From assembly GCF_009914755.1 (NCBI RefSeq), contig NC_060944.1: DNA of 64,000 bases; one strand, 5' to 3'. Below are positions 61,459 through 64,000 of this stretch, one piece after another. Source of the stretch: the human T2T-CHM13v2.0 reference genome, Homo sapiens. The position numbers and the translations under genes were made by a program. The notes beneath the pieces were generated by a model. The model was not told the origin of the DNA. It worked only from the letters and a program-made list of their open reading frames with translations, and made no database searches. Every line of letters starts with the position of its first letter. Position 1 is the stretch's first letter.

Positions 61459-63710
61459 GATTGAATGTGCTTGTGTGTATCACAGGAAGCTCACCAGGAC
61501 TCTTGGTATGTAGCCTCTAGCTCCCAAAGGCATCTGAGCCCCACTGGCAGGACTCAGTTACCTGTCTCTGTCTAAGCATGACTCCACCCATTAGCGTCCA
61601 GACAACGAAGAAAACTTCTATTTTAAAGAGCTTGACTAACCCCCTCCTTATTATCTAAGTTAGAGTAGCTGTGCCACCCCTTAAGTAGCTTTTCCTTCTT
61701 CCTTTCAAATAGGGGTTGGAAGAGTAGCAGGTGAGAACAACCTCTTTCTTCCTCAATTGTAGAGACTCAATAGTCTAGGCTATAAATTAAAAAAAAAAAA
61801 AAAAAATTCCCCAGAGGCTGACTCAGCACATGCCTGCCTTTTAAAGGAACAGAGAGACCCAATTGGAATAGAAACTGAAAATAAAATCAGCAGCACATGA
61901 ATTTTTGTAGGTGGCTCGTATTTGCTATTAATATTGCTCAGAAGACTCAGGAATAAGAAATAATAATGCAGGGTTTCTTCAAAATATGGTTCTGGACAGT
62001 GGATTATAGTTACCTGGAGAGCTTGTGTTAAAATATCTGAGGATGATTCCAAGTACCAGGGCTTATACACAGGAATACTTGAGAACCACTGCACTCAAGC
62101 ATTTAAAATTTTCCTTTTACCTAAATCCACATGGGCCAAGACAATTTTTAAAATTCATAGAATTCATGTGACCAGACGTAAGGGGTCAATAAAGGTCATT
62201 TTATAGATCAGAAAACTGAGACCCAAAGCTGAGAAATAAGTTATCTAAAACCCCACCAGGACATTGCATTAAAGGAGTTGCTCTAAGCGTGTCTTCTTAC
62301 TATTAGAAAGTGAAATTGACTTTTAAATCTGTCACTTAGTTTTTGGCATAATAATAAAACAATGAACAGTCTGTTCTGGCTCTAATTGCGCCTAGAATCT
62401 CCAGATCAGAAGACCTTCTTGTAGATCAAGTAACATACTTCTCTGAAAGACAGTTTGTCGGTCCTATCACTGAAGTCTGAATTATTTTTTTGATTTTTAA
62501 ATATAATTAATTGGTCCCTGGAAATGAGAACCAGAGGAAGATAAGAAGATGAACTTGAATTTAAGGACCATAATGGAAGGAGTGGGATGGGAAAGAAGGC
62601 TGTAAAATAAGACAGTGGTTGTGGAGAGACAGATTAAGGTAAGGAGAGAAGGTTGTAAAATAAGACAGGAAGGGGTTGTGGAGAGACAGATTAAGGTAAT
62701 TGTGGTGTTGTAAAGCCATAAAAGAAATTTAAATGCGGAAGTGGCCTGGAAGAGAAAACATTCTCTGATCATTTAACCCTTTTGTGTGTGTGTCAGTTTG
62801 AGGCGTAAAGTAGACGAATAGCCTCCTTCTTGTGTGTCTTTTCCATGGCAAAGCCTTTAAGGATAATAGCTGACCACTAATCTCACACAGCTGCTGATGT
62901 TTAAGAACCTAATTCTTGAAGTGTTTTTAAGTCAGTTTGTGGCATTTCTTCTGAACACTTGGGCACTTTGGAAATTGTAGTGACAGGTTTTAGAAATTTG
63001 AAGTTGTGTTGCAGAGGTGATAACAAAATTGGGTCTTTGAGCAACTCTGAGTCTTTTAATGCAGTGCACTTCTAAGTTTCCGATGGTATTTCCCCAAGTT
63101 TTGAATATTGAAAAGAAAGACCACACTTTGCAAAATAATTGGCAACTTTCATTTAATTCAGTTTGACCCTGTCTTGAACTTGGTCTTTGTAACTTCTTAT
63201 GAGGGTCTTTTCCAACGGTAACATTAGAGGCTGATTCTGGAACTTCATGGAGGCAAGTCCAGTGAAACTTGGGCAGTTAGGGGGACCCTTTCCCTCTCCC
63301 TTTTCAAAGTTACTCAGTCAGCAGCTGCTACTGTTGGGATGGCGTGGTCAGGTGGGTATTATGCTTATTATGAAACTTGATGAGGGCAGGGACTCAGTTT
63401 TGGGGCTGAGTTGTATTTCAACACTTAAGTGGCACTCAGTAAATACTTGAACAAATGAATATTGTGAATCCCAACTTCCTTAAGGACAGAAGAACTATTT
63501 ATACTTGTCTGCCATCTTCTTAGCTAGAGATTTTTTTTTTGTTTGTTTTGTTAGCTTTCAAGTTGAGGTCCCTAACAGGGGAATCCCATAGTTTCAATGA
63601 TGAACAGGTCCATGACAAAAATTCTTGTTTATATGCAATACACATTTAGGGAGAATAAATGGTCATGTGGACTTTAAAAATTGGAAATGTTACTAGTCTC
63701 TTCTCTCATT

Positions 63711-64000
63711 CTTTTGTTTTGTTTTATGTTGAGGCAGAGTTTCACTCTTGTTGCTTAGGCTGGAGTGCAATGGCACGATCTTGGCTCACTGCAACCTCCG
63801 CCTCCGGGTTCAAGTGATTCTCCTGCCTCAGCCTCCCAAGTAGCTGGGATTACAGGTGTGCATCACCATGCCCGGCTAATTTTTGTATTTTTTAGTAGAG
63901 ATGGGCTTTCACCGTGTTGGTCAGGCTGGTCTTGAACTCCTGAACTCAGGTGATCCACCTGCCTTGGCCTCCCAAAGTGCTGGGATTACAGGCATGAGCC
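63711..64000 (-). mobile_element. Alu (S family), cut by the window end
   Basis: Antisense dimer. Confidence 0.93.

Overview
Human genomic DNA, identified as the 5' end of TOP1 (DNA topoisomerase I, 20q12) on the + strand. The window holds a CpG-island promoter (~42.0-43.5 kb), exon 1 (5'UTR plus MSGDHLHNDSQ), a 330-nt intron 1, the 25-nt exon 2 (IEADFRLN) and the first ~21 kb of intron 2. Exon 3 is not in the window. The 42 kb upstream is repeat-dense intergenic DNA: ~44 Alu pieces including one very young AluYa5-like copy, old L1M/L2/MIR fragments, hAT and Tigger DNA-transposon fossils, a 1.6-kb MER52-type solo LTR and a full-length retroposed U2 snRNA pseudogene. Almost all ORFs in the supplied track are Alu, LTR, microsatellite or GC-rich artefacts. 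I see no convincing undescribed gene system. The best leads are regulatory features of the TOP1 5' end (cap-proximal micro-uORF, reversed GC skew, frame-shifting microexon, near-perfect T-MARE, upstream AP-1 cluster) and several unusual insertion or template-switch scars. Repeat subfamily names come from remembered consensus sequences, and repeat boundaries are approximate unless a TSD is quoted.
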